From a virus (lineage: Duplodnaviria; Caudoviricetes): DNA of 27,544 bases. A model generated the notes under the pieces. It saw only the letters and a list, made by a program, of their open reading frames with translations, ran no database searches and was not told the origin of the DNA. Shown piece after piece: positions 7,118-16,714 of the stretch. The position numbers were made by a program, and so were the translations under genes. The stretch covers positions 1-27,544 of IMG/VR virus record IMGVR_UViG_3300005512_003411; one strand, 5' to 3'. Positions within the stretch are counted from its first letter, which is position 1, and every line of letters begins with the position of its first letter.

Positions 7118-8394
7118 TTGATAAGTTTATTCAAGACGCAAAGGAATCTGATGATAACATCTTTCCTTTCATGGCGAATAAAGACTGGAAACCTGGTAAA
7201 CCAGTGTACTACTCTGGTCCATATTGGAATGACCTAGAAGCACAAGAACTTATCTACGCTATTATGAAGGGTAAGTGGTTGTCTTCTGGCGAGAAAGTGA
7301 ATAAGTTTGAGCGTGAGTTCTCTAATCGCTTTGGTTTTGAGAGCTCTGTGATGGTGAACTCTGGTTCATCAGCAAACTTGGTGATGGTTGCAGCACTGAA
7401 GAAGTATTTTGGTTGGGAAGATGGTGATGAAATCATTGTTTGTGCATGTGGTTTTGCTACTACGATTGCACCTATTGTTCAGAATGGATTGAAACCTGTC
7501 TTTGTTGATATCACTTGGAATGATCTCAACTGGGATATGGATCAGGTAGAAGCAAAGATCACTGAACGTACACGGGCAGTGTTCTCTTCTCCTGTGCTGG
7601 GTAATGCATACGATATGGATCGTATTGTAGACCTGTGTGAACGTAAAGGTATCAAACTGATTGCTGATAACTGCGATAGTCTTGGTAGTAAGTACAAGGG
7701 TGATTATCTGACCAAACATGCTGTTGCGGCATCGTGTTCTTTCTACCCTGCACACCATCTCTGCACCATTGAAGGTGGTATGGTATCATCCAACATCAAA
7801 GAGATTGTAGACCTAGCACGTAGTTATGCCTGGTGGGGTCGTGGATGTTATTGTGTGGGTCAACAGAACCTGCTTCCTAATGGTGTCTGTGGTCGTCGAT
7901 TTGATAAGTGGTTAGAAGGGTATGATGATATCGTTGACCATAAGTATGTGTTTGGTCAGATGGGTTATAACCTGAAACCACTTGATCTCCAGGGTGCTGT
8001 TGGTTCAGTTCAACTGTTGAAGTTTGATGAGATTCATCAACTGCGCCGTAAGAACAAGGAAGCAATCCATAAGATGATTGAAACTATTCCTGGTTGTCGT
8101 GTTGTGACTGAGAGAGAAGACTCTGAAACCAGTTGGTTTGGTGTGCCTATCGTATGTGATACACCACAACTAAAGCATGGTCTGGTCAAGCACCTTGAAG
8201 CAAACAAAGTTCAGACTCGTAACTACTTTGCTGGTAACATCTTGCTTCATCCTGGATATGTTGATCTTGATGATGCCTCTAAATATCCAGAAGCAAACCA
8301 AGTATTGAATAAGGTCTTCTTCCTTGGTTGCTCACCTACTATCAACGATGATATGCTCAAACACGTAGATGAGGTTATTAGCAAGTATGCTTGA
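7105..8394 (+). CDS. DegT/DnrJ family, RfbH/DdhC-like NDP-4-keto-6-deoxyhexose 3-dehydratase
   Basis: VNSGSSANL; SFYPAHH with His in place of the PLP Lys; WGRGCYC...C...DHKY Fe-S ligand pattern; TRNYFAGN. Confidence 0.85.
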   Translation: MYQLIDKFIQDAKESDDNIFPFMANKDWKPGKPVYYSGPYWNDLEAQELIYAIMKGKWLSSGEKVNKFEREFSNRFGFESSVMVNSGSSANLVMVAALKKYFGWEDGDEIIVCACGFATTIAPIVQNGLKPVFVDITWNDLNWDMDQVEAKITERTRAVFSSPVLGNAYDMDRIVDLCERKGIKLIADNCDSLGSKYKGDYLTKHAVAASCSFYPAHHLCTIEGGMVSSNIKEIVDLARSYAWWGRGCYCVGQQNLLPNGVCGRRFDKWLEGYDDIVDHKYVFGQMGYNLKPLDLQGAVGSVQLLKFDEIHQLRRKNKEAIHKMIETIPGCRVVTEREDSETSWFGVPIVCDTPQLKHGLVKHLEANKVQTRNYFAGNILLHPGYVDLDDASKYPEANQVLNKVFFLGCSPTINDDMLKHVDEVISKYA

Positions 8395-9091
8395 TCTTTC
8401 AAGAGTTACATGTTTTGCCATTGACAATACAAATCGTATTGAAGATACTATCAAAGGCATCCATACTTGTATGGGTGTCGCTTCTTTTGGTGAAGTAAAA
8501 CTAGTTACGACTGCTGAGTATGTTGAGAAGTACAAAGACAGTTTGGCGAAGGATGGTATAATTGTAGAGGAACAGGTCAGACCATTAACTAATATCGATG
8601 AATATAATGAATACATCTTGTATCATATGTACAAGCATGTGAATATGGAGTTTGGGTTGATTGTTCAAGATCATGGATTTATTATCAACCCTTCTGCTTG
8701 GACCGATGAGTTCCTTGAATATGATTATATTGGTGCTCCCTGGCAATATAGAGATAGGGCATATGTAACACCATTTGGTGACCATGTGAGGGTTGGTAAT
8801 GGAGGATTCTCTCTACGTTCTAAAAAACTAATGGAGGTTCCTACGAAAGTTGAAGTGCCATATCGTGTTGCTGACAAACCAGACTTCTACAAGATGTTTG
8901 GATCAAAGAATACAAATGAAGATGGCAATATCTGTGTTCATAACAGACACATTTATGAAGCACAGGGATGTAAGATTGCTCCATTAGAACTGGCAAAGTA
9001 CTTTTCTTATGAAGCTCCAGTTCCAGAAAATCAAGGTATCATTCCATTTGGATACCACAGGAATCTACCACCTGGTGTAACGGTAGAATAA
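8387..9091 (+). CDS. DUF5672-like glycosyltransferase-associated protein
   Basis: QDHGFI, DEFLEYDYIGAPW, VGNGGFSLRS, ED, PFGYH. Confidence 0.75.
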   Translation: MLDLSRVTCFAIDNTNRIEDTIKGIHTCMGVASFGEVKLVTTAEYVEKYKDSLAKDGIIVEEQVRPLTNIDEYNEYILYHMYKHVNMEFGLIVQDHGFIINPSAWTDEFLEYDYIGAPWQYRDRAYVTPFGDHVRVGNGGFSLRSKKLMEVPTKVEVPYRVADKPDFYKMFGSKNTNEDGNICVHNRHIYEAQGCKIAPLELAKYFSYEAPVPENQGIIPFGYHRNLPPGVTVE

Positions 9092-9094
9092 ATA
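9088..9094 (+). promoter_or_regulatory. T4-like late promoter candidate internal to the glycan cluster
   Basis: ATAAATA followed by AAGGA RBS in the only sizeable intergenic gap of the cluster. Confidence 0.5.
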
Positions 9095-9114
9095 CAACGC
9101 AAGGAAAACATACT

Positions 9115-9792
9115 ATGTCATTCGTTTATAGAGCACCAACATTTGTTGAATTGGATAACGTGTTCCCTGGAACAAAGAGAACAGATAACAATACAGCAGC
9201 ATACACACTTGATCATCGTGACTATGCAAAGAAGATCAAAGACCTAGCAGGCGAAGGAGATATTCTTGAGTTTGGTGTATGCTCTGGTGGAACTATTGCA
9301 CCCATTGCAAAAGAGAATCCAGACCGTAGAGTGTTTGGTTTCGATCACTTTGAAGGACTAGAACAGACTCAACAACCTACACCAGACTATGCTGGTTGGG
9401 TTCCTGGTGCGTTCCGTGTAGGTGATCCGCAGTACACCTGGATTCCTGGAACAGTACAGGGTGTGATTGATAGAATTAAGGACAATGAAAACATCACTCT
9501 GATCATTGAAGATGTTCATAAACTGAAAGATCCATCTGAATATGAGATCACCAAGATTGGTGCTGTTCATATTGACCTGGACATCTATGAACCTACAGTA
9601 TCAGCATTCAAGTTCATTGATAAATGTGAGTGGGATGAAATCTATTTCCGATTTGATGATTGGCACGGTCACGAACCTGACTATGATCATCATGAGAGAA
9701 AAGCATTTCGTGAGTGGTTGGACAAGCATGGTTATCGTTTTGAAATCCTTGAGGATGGTCTAAACGGAGGCGCGAAAGTATGGAAAAACTGA
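9115..9792 (+). CDS. TylF/MycF-like SAM-dependent O-methyltransferase
   Basis: ILEFGVCSGGT, FGFDHFEGL, VHIDLDIYEPT, FDDW. Confidence 0.82.
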   Translation: MSFVYRAPTFVELDNVFPGTKRTDNNTAAYTLDHRDYAKKIKDLAGEGDILEFGVCSGGTIAPIAKENPDRRVFGFDHFEGLEQTQQPTPDYAGWVPGAFRVGDPQYTWIPGTVQGVIDRIKDNENITLIIEDVHKLKDPSEYEITKIGAVHIDLDIYEPTVSAFKFIDKCEWDEIYFRFDDWHGHEPDYDHHERKAFREWLDKHGYRFEILEDGLNGGAKVWKN

Positions 9793-10466
9793 ACTTCAAT
9801 CTTGAAGTCACAGAACATGGTAACAACCCATTTGATTACTGGATCATTGATGACTTCCTTGACCTAAATGTAGCGAAGGACATCAGTCAACAGTTTCTCA
9901 ACTATGATGAGAGTGAATGGGTTGGTTATGATGGTTGGATTGCTAAGAAGAAGATCTGTAATAAGTGGGACAGGTTCCCACCTCTGACCTATAAGACATT
10001 CTTTAACCTTTTGTCGGTTGAATTTACCGAAAGAGTCTCTAAAATGACAGGGTGCGAACCATTGTATCCTGATGTCGGTCTCCACGGTGGTGGATGGCAT
10101 ATGCATACAGAAGGTGGTAATCTTTCTGTTCACCTTGACTATTCAATTCATCCTAAGATGAATCTTCAAAGGAAGATCAATCTGATTTTATATCTTGAAG
10201 AGGGATATGAATCTTCCTGGGGTGGTGATCTGGAACTCTGGTCACATAATCCAGAGAAAAACAAACCTGGACACTGTGTCAAATCAATTGAAGCAAAGTT
10301 CAATAGAGCAGTCTTCTTCGATACCACACAGAACTCTTGGCATGGAGTTCCTAATAAACTTAGTTGTCCGCCAGGTAAGGCAAGAAAGAGTTTTGCAGTA
10401 TACTATCTGACAGAACTTTCTAACACTGCTGTCGATAGATTCAGAGCACATTATGTAGAGACCTGA
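9780..10466 (+). CDS. 2OG-Fe(II) oxygenase
   Basis: LHGGGWH, HLD, WGGDLELW, FNRAVFF, SWHG, RKS (HxD...H...RxS). Confidence 0.9.
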   Translation: MEKLNFNLEVTEHGNNPFDYWIIDDFLDLNVAKDISQQFLNYDESEWVGYDGWIAKKKICNKWDRFPPLTYKTFFNLLSVEFTERVSKMTGCEPLYPDVGLHGGGWHMHTEGGNLSVHLDYSIHPKMNLQRKINLILYLEEGYESSWGGDLELWSHNPEKNKPGHCVKSIEAKFNRAVFFDTTQNSWHGVPNKLSCPPGKARKSFAVYYLTELSNTAVDRFRAHYVET

Positions 10467-10467
10467 A

Positions 10468-11178
10468 ATGAAAATGTCTATTGCTATCCCTTGCTATGAA
10501 TACAATGGCAGGGGTGTTCGTTATTTGAGTGAATTGTTTCATTCAATTCAACATCAAACCTTGAAAGATGTTGAGGTAGTTGTATCAGATCAAAGCAAAG
10601 ATGATGAAATACAGAATTTTTGTTTTGATAATATCTTTGATCTGAACATTGTATACTTCAGAAACAAAAATGGTAGAGGCAATGCTGCCCTTAACACTAA
10701 CGCGGCAATGGAAATCTGTACAGGTGAGGTAGTCAAACTCATCTATATGGATGATTTCTTTTATGTAGATGAAGCATTACAGAAGACTTATGATGCTCTG
10801 ATGAATTCTGATAAGATGTGGTTAGTCTGTGGTACTAATCATACAAGAGATGAAGGAAAAACATTTGACCATCCAATCTATCCACGATGGAATGATCGAA
10901 TGCTCAAGGCAAGAGGTAATAATACTATGAGTGGTACATCTGTCATCTCATATCGTAATAAAGATATGGATGTGAGGTGGGATGCTAGTACATTTGGTCT
11001 ACTTGATATTGATTTCTATCATAGTATGATGGGTAAGTATGGTATGTGTGTGTTCCTTGATGAGATACTTGTATCCCAGAGAGTCAACAACACAGACAAC
11101 ATTATTTCAACTAGATCAGCAGAACAAATAGAGAAAGAGTTTGAGTATTGTAGAAAGAAACACGGTATCACATTATGA
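10468..11178 (+). CDS. Glycosyltransferase family 2
   Basis: SIAIPCY, VVVSDQS, NxNAA, YMDDFF. Confidence 0.85.
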   Translation: MKMSIAIPCYEYNGRGVRYLSELFHSIQHQTLKDVEVVVSDQSKDDEIQNFCFDNIFDLNIVYFRNKNGRGNAALNTNAAMEICTGEVVKLIYMDDFFYVDEALQKTYDALMNSDKMWLVCGTNHTRDEGKTFDHPIYPRWNDRMLKARGNNTMSGTSVISYRNKDMDVRWDASTFGLLDIDFYHSMMGKYGMCVFLDEILVSQRVNNTDNIISTRSAEQIEKEFEYCRKKHGITL

Positions 11179-12002
11179 AACATTACCTATCAGTAGCATC
11201 AGTTTTCAAGAATGAGAGTTGGAATATAAAGGAGTGGGTGCTCCACTACAAACATCATGGTGTTGACCACATCTATTTGGTTAATGACTTTAGTGATGAT
11301 GACTACCTGCCTATTTTACAACCTTTCATTGATGAGGGCTTTGTTACTCTGTTCCAGAACAACATTACAGAGAAATATACTGGTAGGCAGACAGACGTGA
11401 ACAATAGGTTCTTCCTTCCTATTTGTAATGAAACTCAATGGATCGCTCAAGTTGATCTTGATGAGTTCTTATATAGTCCTAAGACAGTAGATCTAAAAGA
11501 AATTCTACGCAAGTATGAGAACTATGGCACGGTCGAAACGAATTGGGTATGGTTCAATAGCAACGATCATCTTGATCATCCTGCTGGTGGTCTGGTTCAG
11601 AATTTTACTAGTCGCGCTGAATTTGGTGACCAGGTATGGATGACTCACCGTTCTAGGTGTGCTGGTGGTGGTCAAGAAGAACCAGAATGGTTTCATCTGT
11701 GGGCACCAAAGCAGATAGCAAACACTAGATTTGGTGTGCAATCATTCAACATACACAAGATACTGACTGGTGGAAAGACAATCAATCTATCATTTGTAGG
11801 AAGACCCGATGATCCAGAGATTCTAAATAACCACTACCAGATCCAATCCAGAGAATTCTGGAAGAAGATTAAGATGACCCGTGGGGCATTGAACAACTGG
11901 TATGCTGCTAATGCTAGAGGATGGCACACCTTCTACTCACTAGATGTGGGAGACATTACAGATACAGTTCTTGCCGAACAAAATAAGGAGATTGAATTAT
12001 GA
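11175..12002 (+). CDS. Glycosyltransferase (GT92/GT2-like)
   Basis: FKNESWNIKEWVLHY, GVDHIYLVND, VDLDEFL, NHY. Confidence 0.8.
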   Translation: MKHYLSVASVFKNESWNIKEWVLHYKHHGVDHIYLVNDFSDDDYLPILQPFIDEGFVTLFQNNITEKYTGRQTDVNNRFFLPICNETQWIAQVDLDEFLYSPKTVDLKEILRKYENYGTVETNWVWFNSNDHLDHPAGGLVQNFTSRAEFGDQVWMTHRSRCAGGGQEEPEWFHLWAPKQIANTRFGVQSFNIHKILTGGKTINLSFVGRPDDPEILNNHYQIQSREFWKKIKMTRGALNNWYAANARGWHTFYSLDVGDITDTVLAEQNKEIEL

Positions 12003-12802
12003 CTATTGGAATGAATAACTTGGGTAGGAATGGAAGGATTGGTAATCAACTCTTTCAGTATGCTGCTCTTGTAGGTATTGCTAAGAATCGTGGATTTGAC
12101 TTCCGTATTCCTGAACATCAGGAACTCAGTAAGTGCTTTGAGATGCTGCACTGTGGTAACAGGTATGGATATATTGAAGGTAGTGAAGTAGAACTTCATG
12201 ATTCTCATGAATTCTGTGAAGAACTTTATAATGAATGTCCTAATCATATTCATTTGAATGGATATTTTCAAAGTTATAAATACTTTGACCACGCACAGAG
12301 ACTTCTAAAGTGGGACTTCCGATTCAAGAAAGAGATACTTGAGGAAGTTGAGGAACGATATGGTGACGTTCTAAAAGAAAAACCAGTAGCAATTATTGTA
12401 AGAGAATACAACGACCACTTCGATTATCCCGGCAGTAGTAATAATCACCGCAATCTGCCCTGGGAATATTTTGAACGTGGTATCCAAATGCTAGGGTCAG
12501 ATAGACCTTATATTATCTGTTCAAACAATCTAGAACTCTGCAAGAAGCAGAAAGTATTTCAAGGTGATAACTTTATCTTCAATGATATTGCTACAACGGT
12601 TGATAAGTCTCACTTCGATTTGTGTCTCATTTCAAAATGTACAGATTACATTATCTCTAACAGTACCTTTGCCTGGTGGGGAGCATATCTGAATAAGAAT
12701 GAGAAGAGAGTGATTGCTCCTGATACTTGGTACGGTCCTGGTTTAGCACACATCAGTACACAAGATCTTTTACCTGAAGAATGGGAGGTTATCAAGTCAT
12801 GA
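11999..12802 (+). CDS. Glycosyltransferase family 11
   Basis: GRIGNQLFQYA, GYFQSYKYF, SNSTFAWWGAYL, VIAP. Confidence 0.88.
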   Translation: MTIGMNNLGRNGRIGNQLFQYAALVGIAKNRGFDFRIPEHQELSKCFEMLHCGNRYGYIEGSEVELHDSHEFCEELYNECPNHIHLNGYFQSYKYFDHAQRLLKWDFRFKKEILEEVEERYGDVLKEKPVAIIVREYNDHFDYPGSSNNHRNLPWEYFERGIQMLGSDRPYIICSNNLELCKKQKVFQGDNFIFNDIATTVDKSHFDLCLISKCTDYIISNSTFAWWGAYLNKNEKRVIAPDTWYGPGLAHISTQDLLPEEWEVIKS

Positions 12803-13581
12803 CTGTCGCAATCAATCTAGCAAAACCTGGATTAGCAAACAGAATGAAGACATATCTGTCTTGTCTAACACGTTACGATGAAGTCAGAACACTCAAAGAA
12901 CCCGATGCATTTTTATTCTCTTCTGTTGAAGTTGCTACTGCCGAAGAGAAGAAAACACTTCCAAGTTACGACAACTGGAGGTTCCATATTGAGGAAGATG
13001 AGCAGCAGTATCTAAAAGAATATGCTCATATTGATTTGCTCTATGATGAGACACCAGAATATTTCAAAGAAAAGTATCTTAATGCTATCAAAAGATTGAA
13101 GATCAATCCTGAGATATTAGAATATGTAAGAGACTATGATAAGCATAATGATTTGAGCAATGTGATTGGATTGCATATTCGGTCTTGGTACTGCTCCAGA
13201 AATCTATGGCATAACAATAAATTATTTGAGGATGCTATTGACCAACTAGATAGTGATAAGAAGATTTTCTTATGTGGTGATAATGAGGATGTCCTCAAAG
13301 ACTTCCGTGATAGATATGGTAGTAGGATTATTGTTCATACACAAGAAAGATACAATCATCCACATCAGGCAGAGTCTGGGCATACAGATTCTTTTCAAAC
13401 AAATGCAGATGCACTCTGTGACTTGTTGATTTTATCTAAGTGTGCTACTATTGTAGGGACGTATGCTTCTACATTTACAGAGGTTGCCTGGTGGTTAGGT
13501 GAATGTAAACCACAGGTTATTGTACCTGAACCCCCAAATGTTCCGCAAGAATTTAGAGAGAGGATTTTTAAGAGACTATGA
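12799..13581 (+). CDS. Fucosyltransferase-like GT-B protein (O-FucT/NodZ-like)
   Basis: GLANRM, GLHIRS, IFLCGD, DLLILSKC, STF; ATGA-coupled start 12799. Confidence 0.7.
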   Translation: MTVAINLAKPGLANRMKTYLSCLTRYDEVRTLKEPDAFLFSSVEVATAEEKKTLPSYDNWRFHIEEDEQQYLKEYAHIDLLYDETPEYFKEKYLNAIKRLKINPEILEYVRDYDKHNDLSNVIGLHIRSWYCSRNLWHNNKLFEDAIDQLDSDKKIFLCGDNEDVLKDFRDRYGSRIIVHTQERYNHPHQAESGHTDSFQTNADALCDLLILSKCATIVGTYASTFTEVAWWLGECKPQVIVPEPPNVPQEFRERIFKRL

Positions 13582-14471
13582 AATCGTTAGTTACTGGTGG
13601 TGCTGGTTTTATCGGCAGTCATATTGTTGATAAACTTTTACAACTTGGTCATCAAGTTGTTGTTATTGATAATGAAAGTTCTGATGGTCATGATGAATAC
13701 TATTGGAATGATGGTGCGACTAATTATTATTTTGATATTCGCGACTATGATGCTATTGCTTCTTGTTTTGCTGGAGTAAACAATGTGTATCATCTTGCTG
13801 CAAAGGCAAGTGTTCAGGCATCGATTGATGATCCACTGTCTACTATGTCTACGCAGGTGATGGGAACTGCTAATGTATTGGAAGCTGCTAGGCATCATGG
13901 TGTAGAGAAGTTTATCTATTCTTCCACATCTGCCTGCTATGGTAACAACAACCCTATTCCTAACAATGAAACAATGCGTGAGGATCCTCTCAACGCATAT
14001 GCTATTGGTAAACTGTCTGGTGAACAACTAGTCAAGGCATACTATAATCTGTATGGTATGAAGACCGTAGCATTTAGATATACCAATGTGTATGGTGAAC
14101 GTGCTCGTCACGTAGGAACATATGCTCCTGCTGTGAGTAAGTTCTTGAAGATGAGAGCAGAGGGTGATGCCTTGACTATCTTTGGTGATGGTAAGCAACG
14201 TCGTGACTTCATTCATGTATCTGATGTAGTCAATGCGAATGCCGTTATTAGTTTTGAAGAGCTTGATAACTGGGGTGAAGTATACAACATTGGTTATGGT
14301 CAGAACTGGAGCATTCAAGAGATTGCTGATTCTATTTCTGAAGAACAGATTCATCTCTCTGGTAGACCTGGTGAGATGAGAGAAACCCTTGCTGATATTG
14401 GTAAAGCAAAAGCAGAACTAACCTGGAAACCTAAAGTAAATATTCTAGATTGGATTAAGAAGCAACCATGA
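13578..14471 (+). CDS. NAD-dependent epimerase (UDP-hexose 4-epimerase-like SDR)
   Basis: VTGGAGFIGSH, HLAA, YAIGK, GDGKQRRDFIHV. Confidence 0.92.
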   Translation: MKSLVTGGAGFIGSHIVDKLLQLGHQVVVIDNESSDGHDEYYWNDGATNYYFDIRDYDAIASCFAGVNNVYHLAAKASVQASIDDPLSTMSTQVMGTANVLEAARHHGVEKFIYSSTSACYGNNNPIPNNETMREDPLNAYAIGKLSGEQLVKAYYNLYGMKTVAFRYTNVYGERARHVGTYAPAVSKFLKMRAEGDALTIFGDGKQRRDFIHVSDVVNANAVISFEELDNWGEVYNIGYGQNWSIQEIADSISEEQIHLSGRPGEMRETLADIGKAKAELTWKPKVNILDWIKKQP

Positions 14472-15274
14472 TTGACCTGAGTGAAGCAACCTTCATCATT
14501 CCTATCAGAATTGAATCACCTGATAGACTTCGTAATGTAATCACAACGACAGCATTCCTTTTAGAGAACTTCAAGACTAATATCATCATCAAAGAAGTTG
14601 ATAGTCAGAATGTTTGGACAAGGGATGCTGTTCCTATTCTCAAGGACATTTTGAGTGTTCCTCTTGATGTAAATGTGATATTTGAATTGAGTCACGAACC
14701 TCTGTTTCATAGACAGAAAGTTCTGAATGAAATGATTTATAATTCAAAGACTGAGATTGTAGTCAACTATGACTGCGATGCTATCTTACCTATCGAATCA
14801 TACAAAGAAGCGTATGATATGATTATGAATCGACAGGCAGATGTTGTTTATCCATATGGTCAAGGACAGTATCAGTACAGAGTATTTGCTGATGATGATA
14901 CTGTATCTAAGTTTCTAGAAACGTATGACTATCAGCATCTGATTGATAAGTCAAAGAGACATGATTCTGACTTTGGTTGGGTACAGTTCTTCCGACGTGA
15001 TGTATACATAGAGGGAGGCATGGAGAATGAAAACTTCAAAGCATATGCCCCAGAAGATAAAGAAAGATTTTACAGATACAATACCTTAGGTTATAATGTA
15101 GGTAGGATCAATAGTGACATCTACCATCTGGAACATGCTAGGGGTGAAAACTCTTGGTTTAGTAATCCTCATATGCAAGCCAATATGGCATTGTGGGATG
15201 TACTTAGTAAAATGAACAAAGATCAACTGAAAGAATATTATTCTAGACAACCCTATTTGAAAAAGTATAAATGA
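14468..15274 (+). CDS. Glycosyltransferase (GT2/GT7 C-terminal-like)
   Basis: FIIPIRI, YDCD (DxD), GGMENENFKAYAPED, YHLEH. Confidence 0.8.
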   Translation: MIDLSEATFIIPIRIESPDRLRNVITTTAFLLENFKTNIIIKEVDSQNVWTRDAVPILKDILSVPLDVNVIFELSHEPLFHRQKVLNEMIYNSKTEIVVNYDCDAILPIESYKEAYDMIMNRQADVVYPYGQGQYQYRVFADDDTVSKFLETYDYQHLIDKSKRHDSDFGWVQFFRRDVYIEGGMENENFKAYAPEDKERFYRYNTLGYNVGRINSDIYHLEHARGENSWFSNPHMQANMALWDVLSKMNKDQLKEYYSRQPYLKKYK

Positions 15275-16131
15275 AAATTGCAGTTCTTGGTGCAGCAGGA
15301 CAGATTGGTGCTTATCTAACAGAGTATCTGGAGAAGAAAGGGCATACTGTCCATGCTATTGATAAGGTGATTGACCCTCATTGGCATGACCTTACTATGC
15401 CTAACAATGCTTATCTTACAGAGAAGATTATTGATTGTGACTTTGTATTCTTTCTTGCATTTGCTGTTGGTGGGTCTAGGTATCTGAAGAAGTATCAGCA
15501 TACGTATGATTTCATCGCAGAGAATACAAAGATGATGGCACAAGTCTTTCAGGTGCTGAAAGATTTCAATAAGAAATTTATCTTTGCTTCATCACAGATG
15601 AGTAATATGAGTTACTCTCCCTATGGTGTTACTAAAAGGATGGGTGAACTGTATACCAAAGCATTGAATGGACGCATCGTCAAGTTCTGGAACGTATATG
15701 GTGTAGAGAAAGATCCAGAGAAGTCACATGTCATCACTGACCTTATCCGTAAGGGGTTTGAAGAGACCAAAGTCACTATGTTGACTGACGGCACAGAAGA
15801 ACGTCAATTCTTGTATGCAGAGGACTGCTGTGAGGCACTAGAGACCGTCATGGAATGCTATGATGACTTTAGTGTTGATGATCCATTGCACATCACATCC
15901 TTCCATTCAAATACTATCAAAGAGATTGCTGCTATCATTCAGGGGCAGTTCCATATTCATGGAATGTATGATGTAGAGATTCTGCCTGGTGAAGGTAAGG
16001 ATACTGTACAGATGGATAAGAAGAACCAAGCAGATACTTACATCACCAAGTGGTGGGTTCCAACTACCACTCCTGATGTCGGAATTAAAAAAGTATTCGA
16101 TGAAATGAAGAAGGAGTATATGGATGATTGA
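15271..16131 (+). CDS. NAD-dependent epimerase/dehydratase (SDR)
   Basis: GAAGQIG, FASS, YGVTK, NVYG, RQFLYAED. Confidence 0.88.
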   Translation: MKIAVLGAAGQIGAYLTEYLEKKGHTVHAIDKVIDPHWHDLTMPNNAYLTEKIIDCDFVFFLAFAVGGSRYLKKYQHTYDFIAENTKMMAQVFQVLKDFNKKFIFASSQMSNMSYSPYGVTKRMGELYTKALNGRIVKFWNVYGVEKDPEKSHVITDLIRKGFEETKVTMLTDGTEERQFLYAEDCCEALETVMECYDDFSVDDPLHITSFHSNTIKEIAAIIQGQFHIHGMYDVEILPGEGKDTVQMDKKNQADTYITKWWVPTTTPDVGIKKVFDEMKKEYMDD

Positions 16132-16714
16132 CGATATTATTTCTACATGTATGACAGGTCAGAAAGATTCTGATCGTCACTTGATTACACTATTTGCTAT
16201 TGCTCTTGCATCAAAGGGCAAGACCTATGTTGAACTTGGTGTAAGAGAAGGTAATACAACTAAACCACTCCTTGATGCTGCTACATTGAACTGCGGTGAA
16301 CTATGGTCTGTTGATATTCAAGACCCTGTGTACACTCCACCACTGGCACATAACCATCACTTTCATAAGCAAGATGCGTTAGAATTCTTGAGCAAGTGGC
16401 CTGCTGATAAGAAAATGGATGTTGTCTTTGTAGACGACTGGCATTCTTATGAGCATGTAAAACAGGAACTTGAATATCTTGATAGATATGTTGGACCTGG
16501 TAGTGTGATTCTTCTACATGATTTGATGTATGGAAACACTGAACCTTTCTATCACTGTGACCTTGCAAATGCAGGAGCACAGTGGGATAATGGAGGACCA
16601 TATCGTGCTGTGGCAGAACTCAATCCACAGTTCTGGGAATGGTCTACACTTCCTTGGAATAATGGTCTGACTATTCTACGGAAAAAATACAGCAACCGAT
16701 ACTTCACACGATGA
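16124..16714 (+). CDS. Class I SAM methyltransferase (Methyltransf_24-like)
   Basis: VELGVREG, WSVDI, VFVDDWHSYE, GSVILLHD. Confidence 0.85.
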   Translation: MIDDIISTCMTGQKDSDRHLITLFAIALASKGKTYVELGVREGNTTKPLLDAATLNCGELWSVDIQDPVYTPPLAHNHHFHKQDALEFLSKWPADKKMDVVFVDDWHSYEHVKQELEYLDRYVGPGSVILLHDLMYGNTEPFYHCDLANAGAQWDNGGPYRAVAELNPQFWEWSTLPWNNGLTILRKKYSNRYFTR

